32,000 bases of DNA from Candidatus Saccharimonadota bacterium (GTDB taxonomy: Bacteria > Pseudomonadota > Gammaproteobacteria > Enterobacterales > Enterobacteriaceae). A model generated the notes under the pieces. It worked only from the letters and a program-made list of their open reading frames with translations, was not told the DNA's origin and did no database searches. How positions within the stretch are numbered: the stretch's first letter is position 1; every line of letters begins with the position of its first letter. Shown one piece after another: positions 30,205 to 32,000 of this stretch. The stretch spans positions 480,001 to 512,000 of the forward strand of contig NZ_CP097762.1 in assembly GCF_023585745.1 (NCBI RefSeq), written 5' to 3'. A program made the position numbers and the translations under genes.

Positions 30205-31721
30205 ATAAAACAACCTTTTATACTATAAATAATTACCGATTATAAATCCTGACGCATATCAATAATTATAAAATTTGCTAAAATTATCAACATTTACTAA
30301 ATAACAAAAATTTTTTAAAATTAACCACCTATACAACAAACTAGTAAAATTACACAATAATACTATTATATATAATCCAAAAAAATCTTATATAAAATAA
30401 ACACCATACATATATTATATAATATATGTATAAGATCTATACTAAAACACAAACAATCGAAAAATATTATATTATATAATATAAATTAAAATCCAATTAA
30501 CATATCGATACAATCAACACAATACACTACTACTAAACTAGGAGCATTCAATATCTTACCAAAATAAGAAATAATATTCTTTAATATTTAACACAAATAA
30601 ATATAAATTTTTTAATTCTATATAAAACTATAGTAATATAAATCTTACTTAATATAAAATATTAAAAGACGATATTTAAAATTTAAATATATTTAAACCA
30701 AAATAAATAGCGCATTATACATTTATATTATGAAATATATAAGACAATATGAATATATTAAATACTACAAAACTCATATAAATGAACAGAAAAATTTTTG
30801 TACAAAATATGTATATAATTTATTTTAATTTTTAATATAAACTAAAAAGCTAATTTTACTATTACATAACGCAATCTATATAAACATATCACAACATTAA
30901 ATATATGATTATTTTCTATAAATTACTTGAGGTTTCTTATTAAATATTAAATTACACACAAATCTATTAAACAATTTTATCTATATGAATAGATAACAGT
31001 ATATATAAATTATACTATAATATAGTATATACTAATTGATAATCTATTTAAAATCATCATTGTACTGCTACATACTCCAATAACATTAAAATATCTTTAA
31101 TAACATGGAAAAATTATGTATTTAAATTCTATAAATAATAATACTAATACATATGCTAAATATCAAAAATAAAAAAATTAATATTCATTAATAACACCAT
31201 AATTTAATCTAAAATCTTCAGTAATAACACTACCGTAATATTTATATTATAATAATATTTTCATCTCATATAAATATAATTATAAATATATATAAATAAC
31301 TATAAAAATTAAAATCTATAATTTCAAATATTTACTACACTAAAATTTATATTTATAACATACCGAAAAACTTCACCAACACATTAATAAATTATTATTT
31401 ACATATAAAAAATAATATTTAAACATATATTTAATTTAATTAATTTATTAATTATATACATATAATATAAAGTAACTTTATAAAATTTAACCCTATACAA
31501 ATTTAATTATATTCGATAAAATATTGAACGGAAGGATGATGTTAACAAAGAAATTATGCTGTACATATTAATTTTACTATCATAATTCTAATTAATCTTC
31601 CAAATAAATTAACAATAAACACATTAAATACTTATTTATTAAAATTAAAAAAATATTTTTATTGTTAAAATTTATTGAAATACTAGATACATATAAATTT
31701 ATTATATAAGGCAACAATATT

Positions 31722-32000
31722 ATGTTGGACAAATCAAGATTAAGAATAGCAATTCAAAAATCAGGAAGATTAAGTAAAGAATCACAACAACTTCTTGAGC
31801 AATGTGGAATTAAAATTAATTTACAGCAGCAACGCCTACTCGCTTTTGCAGAAAATATAGCCATAGATATTATGCGAGTAAGAGATGATGATATACCTGG
31901 TTTAGTAATGGATGGAATAGTAGATTTAGGTATCATAGGAGAAAACGTATTAAAAGAAGCCCTACTGGCAAGAAAATCACAAGGAGATAATCCTTATTAT
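31722..32000 (+). CDS. hisG: ATP phosphoribosyltransferase, N-terminal 93 codons; continues past the window end
   Basis: This CDS is absent from the ORF track because there is no stop before the window edge. ATG 31722 has AAGG 10 nt upstream. My translation [93 protein letters not shown] parallels E. coli HisG ([82 protein letters not shown]). Confidence 0.93.
   Translation, partial: MLDKSRLRIAIQKSGRLSKESQQLLEQCGIKINLQQQRLLAFAENIAIDIMRVRDDDIPGLVMDGIVDLGIIGENVLKEALLARKSQGDNPYY

Noticed and set aside
30406-30431. AT-only perfect palindromes: 26 nt at 30406-30431, 19 nt at 31011-31029, 18 nt at 22157-22174 (upstream of argS), 18 nt at 9502-9519 (upstream of manX) and 16 nt at 28428-28443. There are also many 7-8-bp stem hairpins in spacers.
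   Set aside because: In sequence that is nearly all A/T and low-complexity (TA repeats), palindromes of this size are expected about once or more per window by my rough estimate. None has a G+C-containing core or a consistent position relative to genes.
31536-31571. A mini-ORF (MMLTKKLCCTY) next to GGAAGG, 150 bp upstream of hisG, considered as a his leader peptide.
   Set aside because: It contains no histidine codons, the Shine-Dalgarno sequence abuts the ATG with essentially no spacing, and I see no alternative terminator/antiterminator pairing downstream.
1-32000. A search for CRISPR arrays, IS elements or transposase fragments, integrases, prophage genes, toxin-antitoxin pairs and defence-system genes.
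   Set aside because: There are no regularly spaced direct repeats and no ORF with such similarity. All sizeable ORFs are accounted for by housekeeping genes.

Overview
This is a very A+T-rich segment (by eye about 25-30% G+C) of a reduced, Enterobacterales-derived endosymbiont-type chromosome, gene-dense but with large spacers. The gene set and order are sppA (3' end), gapA, dsbB-minCDE, tsaB, pabB, yoaE, manXYZ, cspC, htpX, zwf, pykA, mepM, aspS, argS, murJ, mdtH, tRNA-Ser/tRNA-Ser/tRNA-Asn, a gutQ-like isomerase, yeeX and hisG (5' end). This resembles a Candidatus Blochmannia-type genome, but that cannot be confirmed without a database search. Every ORF of 100 aa or more in the supplied track is either one of 24 housekeeping genes with near full-length similarity to E. 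coli K-12 proteins (recalled from memory) or an antisense shadow of one. I see no mobile element, CRISPR array, prophage or defence/toxin-like gene and no orphan gene cluster, so I do not think the window hides a novel protein-coding system. What annotation does not explain is non-coding. (1) A 45-bp perfect palindrome begins inside the manZ stop codon (12484-12588). (2) A 22-bp perfect palindrome with a GATA tetraloop lies in the divergent murJ/mdtH spacer (25827-25874) and does not look like a terminator. (3) The identical 13-mer ATCAACACAACAT sits in the loop of the first palindrome and 14 nt downstream of the second, which suggests one small repeat family. (4) The motif TCAATG(ACA)/CATTGA clusters around the second palindrome. 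(5) There are oversized ORF-free spacers, notably 1.5 kb between yeeX and hisG with no his leader peptide. The remaining observations are typical reduced-genome signatures: long coding poly(A) tracts, constant strand skew, non-ATG starts, AT-expanded tRNA variable arms and synteny blocks with deletion scars.
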